Virus record (IMG/VR): IMGVR_UViG_3300008122_000003
Location: 1-58,387 of that record
Source: a virus
Lineage: Duplodnaviria > Caudoviricetes
Strand: one strand, 5' to 3'
DNA length: 58,387 nucleotides
Shown here: positions 10,476 to 20,134 of the stretch, piece by piece
Numbering within the stretch: the first letter of the stretch is position 1
How the letters are laid out: the number at the start of each line of letters is the position of its first letter
Notes under the pieces: generated by a model
The model's input: the letters and a program-made list of their open reading frames with translations, nothing else
Database searches by the model: none
What the model was told of the DNA's origin: nothing
Position numbers and translations under genes: made by a program

Positions 10476-11046
10476 AGCGGCGACCGTCAAGGAGGGCTTA
10501 AACGCCCTCCGCAATAACCAGATTGACAAGAAATCGGAAGAGATGATCTTCCAAGGCTGCACCCAGTCGCAGCTGGTCAAGATCTTCCGAATGGACAGGC
10601 GGGACATCGCCGCCAAACTTGCAGAATCCCCCATTACCCCGTGCGGCGCCCGTGCGGGGTATCCGATTTACGCCATCCACGAGGTGGCGCCGTACCTCGT
10701 CAAGCCGCTCTATGACATCGAGACCTACCTCAAGCGGATGCACCACAACGACCTGCCGAAACACCTGTCCAAGGAGTTCTGGGCGGGCATGCGGGCAAAG
10801 CAGGAGTACCAGCTCAAAGAAGGCGAGCTGTGGCCCACGGAGAAGGTCATCGGGGTGATGGGCGACGTATTCAAGCGCCTGCGCATGTCGATGCTACTGG
10901 TACAGGACGCGGTTGAGCGCGAGCATATGCTGACGGCGCAGCAGCGCGACAAGATCAGCTCGCTCATCGACGGGGCCTTGAACGACATGGCGGATGATCT
11001 GGTCGAGCAGTTCAAAGAGCCGGAGGCGGAGGACGATGAGCTATAA
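10468..11046 (+). CDS. terS: Terminase small subunit (DUF1441-like)
   Basis: Directly upstream of TerL; N-terminal HTH, DLP..L.KEFW motif of Chi-like TerS. Confidence 0.85.
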   Translation: MAKAATVKEGLNALRNNQIDKKSEEMIFQGCTQSQLVKIFRMDRRDIAAKLAESPITPCGARAGYPIYAIHEVAPYLVKPLYDIETYLKRMHHNDLPKHLSKEFWAGMRAKQEYQLKEGELWPTEKVIGVMGDVFKRLRMSMLLVQDAVEREHMLTAQQRDKISSLIDGALNDMADDLVEQFKEPEAEDDEL

Positions 11047-13786
11047 GTCGCTTCGAGAGATAGTCCGCACCCTGGCCGAGAACTTGAGGCCGCCAGAGCG
11101 GATGACGGTGGCCAAGGCAGCCGAGAAGTACCGGTTCATCAACCAGCCAGGGGCCTACGTCGGTCAGTGGGACAACAGCACAGCCCCTTACATGGTCGAG
11201 CCGATGAACACCTTCGCGTCTCGCGACTATTCGAACATGGCATTCGCAGGTCCCGCACAAAGCGGCAAACCGATCTGGGTAGAAACACCAGTGGCCACGC
11301 CGTCAGGCTGGACGACCATGGGTGAAATCGAACCAGGGGATGTGATTTTCAGCGAGAAAGGCGTCCCGACAACGGTCACCTATGTAACCCCAGTTTTCCA
11401 AGATCGGGAGTGCTACCGCATTGAGTTCGATGATGGTTCGGAGATCATCGCGGATGGCGTCCACCGCTGGGAGGTCTACTACACCACGGAAGACGACTTG
11501 GCCCGTGCGGTAGTTACCACCGATGAAATATTCCAGTCGCAAAACCACAAAGACTATCTGATCCGGACAACCAAGCCATTGGCCCTCCCCCCATCACCCT
11601 TAGTGGCCACTGTGGTTGTCGCGCATGCAGTCAGTACCGGGGCACCCCTTCCGATGAGGCTCCTGAGAGGGTCTATCGAACAGCGCCGCGAGGCGTTCGA
11701 AGCATTGGCGGAAGGACGCGATGGGGTCATCGAGGTCAAAGCATCCACGCGAGCGCAGGCCCTATCCTTCCAAGAACTGGCCGTGTCGCTAGGGTATCGC
11801 GCAAAAATGAAAGGGACGATGGTTGAGGTGGACACGAGCCCGTGGCATTGGCGGACCATAGCCCGAGTAGTCCAGGTTCAATCCGTGCCTGTCCGGTGCA
11901 TATCGGTCAGCAACGAGAGTCACCTGTTCCTGGTCGGCGAGCAGATGGTGCCTACCCATAACACCGACGCCATCGTAATCAACGGCCTCGCTTACTCGGT
12001 GAAGGTCGACCCGATGGACACCATGCTGTTCTGTCCGACCAACTCGGCCGCCCGCGACTTCTCGATCCGACGGGTTGACCGTCTGCACCGGCACTCGCCT
12101 GAGATCGGCGCCATGCTGCTGAAGGGGCGAGACGCGGACAACGTGATGGACAAGCACTACGTGACCGGCATGATCTTCACGATCAGCTGGCCGTCCGTCA
12201 CCGAGCTGGCAGGTAGACCGGTCGGCCGCATCATCATGACCGACTTCGACAGGATGCCGATCGACGTGGGCGGCGACGGTAACGCCTTCGACTTGGCGAC
12301 CAAGCGGACAACTACGTTCGGCACCTTCGCCATGTGTGCGGCTGAGAGCTCGCCGTCTCACCCAATCCTTGACTCGAAGTGGATCCCGCGCAGCCCGCAT
12401 GAGGCGCCACCCTGCACCGGGATCATGGCGCTCTACAACCGGGGCGACCGCCGCCGCTGGCAGTGGCCATGCCTGCACTGCTGGACGTGGTTCGAAGGTA
12501 AGTTCGACCTGCTCGTCTGGGAAGACAAGCACGACTCCAACCTGGAGAAGGCATCGACGGCCCACATGGCCTGCCCGCACTGCGGAACGATGATCCATCC
12601 GGACGAGCGCCACGAGATGCAACAGTGGGGCATGTGGGTACCGGAAGGCATGCACGTCAACAACAAGGGGCAGCTCGCAGGCAAGCGACCCCGCACCACC
12701 TTCGCCAGCTACTGGCTGCGCGGCACAGCGGCGGCGTTTGTGACGTGGCCGAAGCTGGTCCTGACCTACCTCGATGCACACGACGAGCACGAGCGCACCG
12801 GATCTGAGGAATCGCTCAAGAAATTCTGGAACAACGACATGGGGGAGCCCTATGTCCCCAAGATGACCGACAGCATCCGTCTGCCAGAGGCGATGAAGTC
12901 AAAGGCGGTCGAGCTACCAGAGCAGATGGTGCCGGAGGGTGTCAGGTTCATTGTGGGCAACGTGGACGTGCAGAAAAACGCATTCGTGGTGCAGGTGCAC
13001 GGCATCATGCCCGGGCGCCCGCACGACCTTGTGCTGATCGACCGGTTCAACATCACTAAGTCAAAGCGCGTGGATGAGGACGGGGATCCGGAACTGGTCA
13101 AACCCAACGCCTACCTGGACGACTGGCAGCTCATCAAAGAGCAGGTCATGGACAAGGAGTATGAGCTGGGCGACGGGTCAGGCCGGATGATGAAGGTGAA
13201 ATTCACGACCTGTGACTCGGGCGGTCAGGTCGGTGTTACCGATCGAGCATATGACTTCTACCGCTGGCTGCGAGAGCGCGGTGAGAACGGCCGATTCATT
13301 CTGGTGAAGGGCGACCGCAACCCGTCCGCCCCCCGGACACGGATCTCCTACCCAGACAGTCAGAAGAAAGACAACAAGTCGGCGGCCCGTGGCGACATTC
13401 CGCTGCTCATGTTCAACCCGAACATGTTGAAGGACGCCCTAAACGGCAGACTGGATGTCATCGAGCCAGGGCGCGGCATGTTCCACTATCCGAAGTGGTT
13501 GCCGGACTCATGGTATGCAGAGATGTGTGCCGAGATCCGAACAGACAAGGGCTGGGAGAACCCCCAGAAACTGCGAAACGAGGCGTGGGACTTGAGTTAC
13601 TATTGCCTTGGGGTATGCATATCCCCGAAACTACTCAACGTTGAGATGATAGATTGGGAAAATCCGCCAGCGTGGGCGGATGTTTGGGACAAGAACGCCC
13701 TGGTGCGCAGTCGAGAAGATCCGACCCGTTTCATGGCGCAGCCCAAGACCATTGATTTCGGTAAATTTGCGGAGGCGCTAGCATAA
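11036..13786 (+). CDS. terL: Terminase large subunit (lambda GpA-like), intein-containing
   Basis: TAPYMVEPM, Walker A GPAQSGK|T split by intein, CPHCG Zn motifs, VDVQ nuclease, RNEAWD. Confidence 0.95.
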   Translation: MSYKSLREIVRTLAENLRPPERMTVAKAAEKYRFINQPGAYVGQWDNSTAPYMVEPMNTFASRDYSNMAFAGPAQSGKPIWVETPVATPSGWTTMGEIEPGDVIFSEKGVPTTVTYVTPVFQDRECYRIEFDDGSEIIADGVHRWEVYYTTEDDLARAVVTTDEIFQSQNHKDYLIRTTKPLALPPSPLVATVVVAHAVSTGAPLPMRLLRGSIEQRREAFEALAEGRDGVIEVKASTRAQALSFQELAVSLGYRAKMKGTMVEVDTSPWHWRTIARVVQVQSVPVRCISVSNESHLFLVGEQMVPTHNTDAIVINGLAYSVKVDPMDTMLFCPTNSAARDFSIRRVDRLHRHSPEIGAMLLKGRDADNVMDKHYVTGMIFTISWPSVTELAGRPVGRIIMTDFDRMPIDVGGDGNAFDLATKRTTTFGTFAMCAAESSPSHPILDSKWIPRSPHEAPPCTGIMALYNRGDRRRWQWPCLHCWTWFEGKFDLLVWEDKHDSNLEKASTAHMACPHCGTMIHPDERHEMQQWGMWVPEGMHVNNKGQLAGKRPRTTFASYWLRGTAAAFVTWPKLVLTYLDAHDEHERTGSEESLKKFWNNDMGEPYVPKMTDSIRLPEAMKSKAVELPEQMVPEGVRFIVGNVDVQKNAFVVQVHGIMPGRPHDLVLIDRFNITKSKRVDEDGDPELVKPNAYLDDWQLIKEQVMDKEYELGDGSGRMMKVKFTTCDSGGQVGVTDRAYDFYRWLRERGENGRFILVKGDRNPSAPRTRISYPDSQKKDNKSAARGDIPLLMFNPNMLKDALNGRLDVIEPGRGMFHYPKWLPDSWYAEMCAEIRTDKGWENPQKLRNEAWDLSYYCLGVCISPKLLNVEMIDWENPPAWADVWDKNALVRSREDPTRFMAQPKTIDFGKFAEALA
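11270..11962 (+). mobile_element. Class 3 mini-intein (231 aa) in the TerL Walker A motif
   Basis: Starts P-IWVETPVATPSGWTTMGEI (block A), H.W (block B), VRCISV (block F), PTHN/T (block G); removal restores GPAQSGKT. Confidence 0.9.
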
Positions 13787-14019
13787 TGAGCTGCACTGAT
13801 ATTCAAGCGAAACTGGCGGAAGCCGAAAAAGCATACCATGAGCTGATGCTGGGCCAGTCGGTTCGCGTCTTCGTGGATCAAAACGGGGAGCGTGTCGAGT
13901 ACACCGCGGCCAACAAGCTGGCGCTCCAGAGCTACATCAATCAGCTGCGAAGCCAAATGACCGACGGATCCTCCTGCGTCGCGCCGGCGTCTCGCGGCCC
14001 GCTGCGGTTCACCTTCTGA
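13786..14019 (+). CDS. Head-tail joining protein (gpW-like)
   Basis: AYHELM.G..V..DQNGERVEYT...L..YI; between TerL and portal. Confidence 0.88.
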   Translation: MSCTDIQAKLAEAEKAYHELMLGQSVRVFVDQNGERVEYTAANKLALQSYINQLRSQMTDGSSCVAPASRGPLRFTF

Positions 14020-15617
14020 TGAAAGACATCAAAGTAACAACACTCGAACACGACGGCAAAGGGGCACAGATGGCGGGGGGCGGCTTGGAAGGGGCCGACC
14101 GCTTGTCACAAACGCTCATGAGCTGGCAGCCCTCCGTCGTCTCACCCGCCGCAATGGTCTCTGCGGACAAGGGCATGGCGGATGCCCGCACCCAGGACGC
14201 CGTCCAGAATAGCGGAATGGCGCAGGGCGCAGTGGCGATCCACCGCGACTCCATCGTCGGCGCACAGTTCAACCTGAACGCCAAGCCGAACTCCCTAGTG
14301 CTCGGCGTAACGGAAGAGTGGGCGGAGATGTGGCAGGAACTGGTTGAGAGCCGGTTCAACCTAGTCTCGGACTCTCCGAACTGCTGGTTCGACGCCGAAC
14401 GCAAGAAGACGCTCACCGGCCTCGTCCGCATGGCGGTAGGCAACTTCCTGCTCGCAGGTGAAGTCCTTGCCACCGCCGAGTGGATCCGCGACAGGCGCCG
14501 TCCGTTCAGCACGGCCGTGCAAATGGTCTCGTCCTACCGTTTGAGCAACCCGAACGGGGAGAGCGATACCGATCGGCGCAAGTCCGGCATCGACGTAGAC
14601 GACTACGGCGCACCGTGGCGCTACTGGTTCCGCACATCGTTCCCTGGGGACTTGACCGAGATCGACAGCTGGAAGTGGAAGCCAGTGTTGGCCCGCAAAG
14701 CGTGGGGCCGTCGCCAGGTTGTCCACATCATGGAGCAATTGCTGCCGAGCCAACCTCGCGGGATCTCCGAGATGGTGGCGAGTCTCAAAGACTTCCACAT
14801 GACCAAGAAGTTCAGCGACGTAACGCTGCAGAACGCAGTGGTCAATGCGAGCTACGCCGCAGTGATCGAGTCCGAGCTGCCGACCGAGATGATCTTCCAA
14901 GCAATGGGCGGTGGGGACCAATCTCCGCTTGCCGGGTACCTGGCCACGTACATGGACGGGCTGTCGGCTTACATGGCGGCGTCCAAGAACATCTCCGTGG
15001 ATGGGGTCAAGGCACCCGTGCTGTTCCCCGGCACCAAGTACAAGGCCCAACCACTCGGCACCCCTGGCGGTGTCGGCACGGACTTCGAAGCCTCGATGCT
15101 GCGCAAGATCGCCGCCTCGCTCGGGCTGTCCTACGAGCAGTTCTCCCGGGATTACACCCAGACTAACTACTCGAGCTCGCGGGCATCCATGGCGGAGACC
15201 TGGAAGTTCATGCAGAGCCGCAAGAAGATAGTGGCCGACGCATTCGCCACAGAGGTCTACACCCTGTGGCTGGAGGAAGAGATCGCCCGCGGCAACATCC
15301 CGATGCCACCCGGCTACACCCCGGATGACTTCTACGACCCGATGATCCGTGAAGCACTGACATGCTGCACCTGGATTGGCGCAAGCCGTGGCCAGATCGA
15401 CGAGAAGAAAGAGACCGAGGCGGCCGAGCTGCGGTTGAACAACCAGCTGTCAACCTTGGAGGACGAGTGCGCCCGCCTTGGTGTAGACTGGCGCCAAGTG
15501 ATCCGCCAGCGGTCCCGTGAGCAGAAGATGATGAAGCAGTACGGACTGGTGCCGGTCGAGAAGAAACCTTCAACCGTTTCGGGCAAACAAGAGCCCGACG
15601 AGGAGCCAACTGAATGA
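14019..15617 (+). CDS. Portal protein (lambda family)
   Basis: RGIS, SLGLSYEQFSRDY..NYSSSRAS, IDEKKE motifs; synteny. Confidence 0.95.
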   Translation: MKDIKVTTLEHDGKGAQMAGGGLEGADRLSQTLMSWQPSVVSPAAMVSADKGMADARTQDAVQNSGMAQGAVAIHRDSIVGAQFNLNAKPNSLVLGVTEEWAEMWQELVESRFNLVSDSPNCWFDAERKKTLTGLVRMAVGNFLLAGEVLATAEWIRDRRRPFSTAVQMVSSYRLSNPNGESDTDRRKSGIDVDDYGAPWRYWFRTSFPGDLTEIDSWKWKPVLARKAWGRRQVVHIMEQLLPSQPRGISEMVASLKDFHMTKKFSDVTLQNAVVNASYAAVIESELPTEMIFQAMGGGDQSPLAGYLATYMDGLSAYMAASKNISVDGVKAPVLFPGTKYKAQPLGTPGGVGTDFEASMLRKIAASLGLSYEQFSRDYTQTNYSSSRASMAETWKFMQSRKKIVADAFATEVYTLWLEEEIARGNIPMPPGYTPDDFYDPMIREALTCCTWIGASRGQIDEKKETEAAELRLNNQLSTLEDECARLGVDWRQVIRQRSREQKMMKQYGLVPVEKKPSTVSGKQEPDEEPTE

Positions 15618-16870
15618 GCGTGACCGTATCCCAACAGGCCCTGCTGCGCATGAACCATGCGGCGGTGATGGTGGCTGTCAACAAATCCAGTCTGCAGATG
15701 GACCTGCAGAACCTGCATGCTGAAACCCCGGAGAGCGGGGCGATCAAGCGGGATGAAGTCATGGAGTCGCTGTGTGCGGCCTATGGGTTCGACAGCCGAG
15801 CGCAGAACAAGCCGTTTGCTTTCCAGAACGGCGTGGCCGTCATCCCTATCCACGGCAGCCTAATTAACCGGTTCGGCCAGTGCTACGGCTATGTCACCGG
15901 TTACAACTTCATCCGCCGCCAACGTGACGCAGCGATGGCGGATCCTGATGTGACAGCGATCGTCTACGACGTGAACTCCGGCGGTGGTGAAGCGGCGGGT
16001 TGTTTCGAACTGGCGGACGAGGCCTTCGCGCTGCGCGGCACCAAGCCTACCATCTCCGTGGTGGACAGCGCCTGCTACTCCGCCGCCTACGCCCTGGCGT
16101 CCACCTCGGATGAAGTGGTCGTCACTCCAACCGGCGGTGCGGGCAGCGTCGGCGTCTACACAATGCACGTCGACATGAGCAAGATGTTGGAGGACTGGGG
16201 CCTGAACATCACCCTGATCCACGCAGGCGACCACAAGGTAGACGGTCACCCGTATGCGGAATTACCGGACGATGTCCGAGCCGACATGCAGAAATCGGTG
16301 GATGCCACCTACAACAAATTCGTCGAATCAGTAGCACGTAACCGAAATATGAGCGTGGAAGCCGTGAAAGCCACGCAGGCAAGATGCTATAGTGCAGACG
16401 ATGCACTGGCATTGGGGTTGATCGATAGTGTAGCATCTCCCCTTGAGGCTATTCGGGCGTTCCTGGGTGGCCCCAGTGAAACGTCCAAAGATGATGAATC
16501 AACAGGAGAGTCCTTGATGGAACTTAACGAAGCCAAACAGGCCGAACGGCAACGCGTAGGGGCCATCATCGGTCACCCGAATGCCAAAGGCCGCGAGGCC
16601 ATGGCCAATCACTTGGCCTTGAACACCGACATGTCGGTGGAAGATGCCGCCGCATTGCTGGCCGTCGCCCCCGTTGCTCAAGCCGAAGCGCCTGAGAAGA
16701 AGGAAGAGGCCGCCGATCAGAAGAACGAGAAGTTCGTTGCGGCCATGGACAAGGACGACAACCCGAACATCGGTCCGGACGGCAAGGCCGAAGATAAGGT
16801 CGAGAAATCCGGCGCAAACGAGCTGATGGAAGCGTTCACCGCTGCCACCGGCTACGACTTCAACAAGTAA
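15614..16870 (+). CDS. Prohead protease (S49, gpC-like) with C-terminal scaffold domain
   Basis: DVNSGGG, SAAYALAS, GSVGV, AGDHKVDG. Confidence 0.92.
   Translation: MSVTVSQQALLRMNHAAVMVAVNKSSLQMDLQNLHAETPESGAIKRDEVMESLCAAYGFDSRAQNKPFAFQNGVAVIPIHGSLINRFGQCYGYVTGYNFIRRQRDAAMADPDVTAIVYDVNSGGGEAAGCFELADEAFALRGTKPTISVVDSACYSAAYALASTSDEVVVTPTGGAGSVGVYTMHVDMSKMLEDWGLNITLIHAGDHKVDGHPYAELPDDVRADMQKSVDATYNKFVESVARNRNMSVEAVKATQARCYSADDALALGLIDSVASPLEAIRAFLGGPSETSKDDESTGESLMELNEAKQAERQRVGAIIGHPNAKGREAMANHLALNTDMSVEDAAALLAVAPVAQAEAPEKKEEAADQKNEKFVAAMDKDDNPNIGPDGKAEDKVEKSGANELMEAFTAATGYDFNK
16517..16870 (+). CDS. Nested in-frame scaffold protein (Nu3-like)
   Basis: Internal RBS AGGAG before in-frame ATG 16517; ER.RV.AI...A.GRE..A..LA motif. 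Confidence 0.65.
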   Translation: MELNEAKQAERQRVGAIIGHPNAKGREAMANHLALNTDMSVEDAAALLAVAPVAQAEAPEKKEEAADQKNEKFVAAMDKDDNPNIGPDGKAEDKVEKSGANELMEAFTAATGYDFNK

Positions 16871-16879
16871 GGAGCCGAC

Positions 16880-17251
16880 ATGAACGGACATACCCCTTTC
16901 GCGGGCAACGTAGACCTCGGCACTTACTCGCCGGTTCACCTGTTCGCTGGCAGTGCCGATATCGTCACTGACAATTTCCCGGTCGGAGCGAACCTGGCGC
17001 AATACCAAGTATTCGCAGTCAATGCAGCAGGCAAAGCCGTTCCGCACGACCCAACCGCCTCGGATGGCACCGAGAAGGCCGTGGGTATCACCCTGTATGC
17101 GGTGGCTCTGGCCAACGCAGGCAACGTCGTGGGCTACATCGGCGGTGACTTCAACCATGAAGTCCTGGTCTGGCACTCATCCCTCGACACCTTGGCGAAA
17201 CGTAAGGCTGCGTTCCTGCGCACCAACATCGCCATCAAGTCACTGCTGTAA
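16880..17251 (+). CDS. Head decoration protein (gpD-like)
   Basis: DGTEKAVGI, YIGGDFNHE.L.W; precedes capsid gene. Confidence 0.88.
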   Translation: MNGHTPFAGNVDLGTYSPVHLFAGSADIVTDNFPVGANLAQYQVFAVNAAGKAVPHDPTASDGTEKAVGITLYAVALANAGNVVGYIGGDFNHEVLVWHSSLDTLAKRKAAFLRTNIAIKSLL

Positions 17252-17263
17252 GGAGCAACGAAC

Positions 17264-18310
17264 ATGGCAGGTCTTTTCCCGACTTATCAACTGCTGGAAG
17301 TGCAGCGCAAATTCAAGCGACTGCCCAGCTTCTGGCTGAAGTTTTTCACCCGTCAGGTGAACTTCGAAGAAGAAATGATCGCGTTCGACAAGGTGTCCGT
17401 TAACTACGCTCGCCTTGCGCCGTTCGTTGCGCCGACCGCGCAGGGCCGTGTCCTGAAACATGAAGGCTACAACCGTAAGGCATTCAAGCCAGCTTACGTT
17501 AAGCCGAAGGATGTCGTTGACCCGAACATGATCCTGCCGGTGCAACCGGGCGAGATCCCGGCCATGGGCAAACTGTCTTTGGCCCAGCGTCGCAACGCGG
17601 TGATCACCTATCTGCTGCAGCAGCAACGTGCCATGCACGAAAACCGCTGGGAGTGGATGGCGGCCCAAGCGGCGATCTACGGCTACGTGGATGTGTCCGG
17701 AGAAGACTACCCGACCCATCGTGTCGACTTCGGTCGTGACGCCGCGCTGACCATCACCGCTAACTGGAAAGACGCTGGTGCCAAGCCACTGGATGACATC
17801 TACGCCGCTCGCCGTATCGCGAACGACAAGTCCATGTCTGGTGCGACCATCACCCAGATCGTGTTCGGCGGAACCGCCTGGGCGGACTTCTACGCGAAAG
17901 AGAAGGACCGCCTCAAAGACCTGATGGACAAGACCCAGGTCAACGGCAACACCGGCGTGACCAAGCTGTGGGATGGGTTCGAAGGCGTTGAGTACATGGG
18001 CCGTGTCTCCGGTTACACGGGCGGCGGTCTCATCGAGCTGTGGGTAGACACCCGCAAGTACACCGATGAAGCGGGCCAGATGCAGTATCTGATGCCGCAG
18101 AACGGTTGCGTGGGTATCTCGGAAGCCATCCAGGGCGTCCGTTGCTTCGGCGCGATCCTGGACAAAGGCGCCGGCTACCAAGCCCTGCCGTTCTTCCCGA
18201 AAAACTGGGAAAACGAAGACCCGAGTGTGGAGTACCTGATGTCCCAAGGTGCACCGCTGATGGTCCCGGCCGACCCCAACGCATCCTTCCTGATCAAGAC
18301 CAGTACCTGA
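17264..18310 (+). CDS. Major capsid protein (gpE-like)
   Basis: LAPFVAP, FKPAYVKPK, VDFGRD, APLMVP. Confidence 0.95.
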   Translation: MAGLFPTYQLLEVQRKFKRLPSFWLKFFTRQVNFEEEMIAFDKVSVNYARLAPFVAPTAQGRVLKHEGYNRKAFKPAYVKPKDVVDPNMILPVQPGEIPAMGKLSLAQRRNAVITYLLQQQRAMHENRWEWMAAQAAIYGYVDVSGEDYPTHRVDFGRDAALTITANWKDAGAKPLDDIYAARRIANDKSMSGATITQIVFGGTAWADFYAKEKDRLKDLMDKTQVNGNTGVTKLWDGFEGVEYMGRVSGYTGGGLIELWVDTRKYTDEAGQMQYLMPQNGCVGISEAIQGVRCFGAILDKGAGYQALPFFPKNWENEDPSVEYLMSQGAPLMVPADPNASFLIKTST

Positions 18311-18376
18311 TCGGCGAGCTAACCAGAGTGGCCCGGGTAACCGGGCCCCCTTTATCGGATAAGAGAGGACCGCCAC

Positions 18377-18652
18377 ATGGCAGATGTAATCCGTAAGGCC
18401 CTGCAGACCATCATCCTGTATCGCGATGGTTCGCAGAAAGTCGTAGAGCCGGGTGAAGTGATCACCCTGACCGACAAAGAATTCCAAGAGCTGCGTCAAA
18501 TTAACCCGGAGTGCATGGGTAAACTGGACGAAGCTGAAATTGCACTGATGGAAAAACAGGAAGCCGCGCAGTCGGCTCCGGATGCCGAAGAGCCTGCACC
18601 GTCTCCGGCCAAGAAAGGTGCCAATAAGGCGCCGGTCGACGAAGACCTGTAA
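18377..18652 (+). CDS. Hypothetical virion assembly protein (gpFI-like position)
   Basis: RBS GAGGA; follows capsid gene. Confidence 0.65.
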   Translation: MADVIRKALQTIILYRDGSQKVVEPGEVITLTDKEFQELRQINPECMGKLDEAEIALMEKQEAAQSAPDAEEPAPSPAKKGANKAPVDEDL

Positions 18653-18653
18653 C

Positions 18654-19007
18654 ATGGCAACATTGGCTGAAATCAAGGCCAGAGCACGAAAGGCCGTTCA
18701 CGCGGCCTTTTCTGTATCTGCAGGTCACAGGTCTTACGGGTCCGACATCCATACCACCATTCAAGTGCGCTGGCACAACAAGCTGGTGCTGCAAGGTAAC
18801 GGCACGTCTGACGGTTACGCCGACGTGATCGAAGGCATCGACCGCATGGTGTTCGACATCGATGAACTGGCGGACAAAGGCATCGCGCTTGAACGGGGGG
18901 ACACGATCACCATGGGCCCTGAGTACCACGGCGCGGTGCTCGTGCTCGAAGAGATGGAACCGATGACAGGCCCGGTCGAGCAGAAGTGGTGGGTGGCTCG
19001 CAAATGA
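18654..19007 (+). CDS. Head-tail adaptor/closure protein (gpFII-like)
   Basis: Synteny and size; VRWHNK motif of Chi-like adaptors. Confidence 0.7.
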   Translation: MATLAEIKARARKAVHAAFSVSAGHRSYGSDIHTTIQVRWHNKLVLQGNGTSDGYADVIEGIDRMVFDIDELADKGIALERGDTITMGPEYHGAVLVLEEMEPMTGPVEQKWWVARK

Positions 19008-19618
19008 TCCGCATCAGCAACAAGGGTCTCAGCGACTTGGAGCGGTTCTTTAAGCGTGTCCCCGAGGCGGCCACTATGGCGGCCCGCATGGCCATCAACG
19101 ACACGGCCACCCGGCAGGGCATGACGCTGATCCGCAAAGAGATGATGGAAGATGTCGCGTTCCCGCGAGGCTATCTTGCCGGTGACCGTTTGAAAGTGGT
19201 AAAGCGGGCCACCAACGCCGATCTCGAGGCCGTCATCCTCGGCCGTAAACGGGCCACCAGCTTAGCGCGATTCGCCACAGGGCCCACCGTGTTAAACGGC
19301 AAGGGCGGCGTGCAGGTCCGAGTCAAGAACGGCCGCACCACCTACATGAAAAACGCATTCCTGGTCAGGCTACGCAAAGGCGCATCTTTGGACGAGGACA
19401 ACTACAACGTCGGCTTGGCCCTTGTCCTCCGACCCGGCGAGCGGGTGAATAAACGGACGGCCCACACATCCTGGCTGGCAGAAGGCCGGGTGGCGCTGCT
19501 CTACGGCCCGTCGGTCGATCAGGTGTTCGGCGGGGTGACCGACCAAGTTGCCGAGCCTATCGGCGATATGGTAACAACGGAATTCTTCAGACAATTTGCG
19601 AGGTTGACAGGTGGCTGA
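19004..19618 (+). CDS. Neck/tail completion protein (gpZ-like)
   Basis: AIN.TA, SLARF, LYGPSVDQVF. Confidence 0.8.
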   Translation: MIRISNKGLSDLERFFKRVPEAATMAARMAINDTATRQGMTLIRKEMMEDVAFPRGYLAGDRLKVVKRATNADLEAVILGRKRATSLARFATGPTVLNGKGGVQVRVKNGRTTYMKNAFLVRLRKGASLDEDNYNVGLALVLRPGERVNKRTAHTSWLAEGRVALLYGPSVDQVFGGVTDQVAEPIGDMVTTEFFRQFARLTGG

Positions 19619-20132
19619 CCACATTAAATTGCAAGTCCTCAAGGCGCTGACGGCGCACTTGGAGGGGATCACCCGCGCCAACGGCTACCAGCACGACCTG
19701 GGCGGCAAGGTGTTCCGAGGCCGTGCGGTATTTGGTGCGAACGAGCAAGTGCCCATGATCAATATATTGGAGACCCCGTCGCCGCTTGACGGGTTCTTCG
19801 CAGATGAACAGAAGACCCTGCGCAAGGACACGTGGGTTCTGCTGCTGCAAGGCTGGGCAGAGGATGACGCTCGCAACCCGACAGACCCTGTTTACCCGCT
19901 TCTGGCGGATGTTCAGCGGCGATTGTCTGATATAGTATCTCTCGACGAAGGTTCGAACCGGCCACGCTGGCCTGGCGTCTACATGCTGAAAGGCTTGATC
20001 TCCGACATGGATATCGGCCAGGACGCGGTAAGGCCAGCCCAAGAGGGTGTGTCGGCCAAGGCTTTCTTTTATATGCCGATCAGGGTCACCCTGCCGGTCA
20101 ACCTTATCGATCCGACTGAAAAGGTGGAATAA
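19611..20132 (+). CDS. Tail terminator protein (gpU-like)
   Basis: GIT.ANGY..DL...VFRGR; precedes major tail protein. Confidence 0.78.
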   Translation: MADHIKLQVLKALTAHLEGITRANGYQHDLGGKVFRGRAVFGANEQVPMINILETPSPLDGFFADEQKTLRKDTWVLLLQGWAEDDARNPTDPVYPLLADVQRRLSDIVSLDEGSNRPRWPGVYMLKGLISDMDIGQDAVRPAQEGVSAKAFFYMPIRVTLPVNLIDPTEKVE

Positions 20133-20134
20133 CG

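Noticed and set aside
17240-18676. Long antisense ORFs (e.g. 478 aa opposite capsid, 11789-12790, 46536-47474, 52550-53206)
   Set aside because: Shadow frames produced by GC-rich codon bias of real genes; no RBS or motifs
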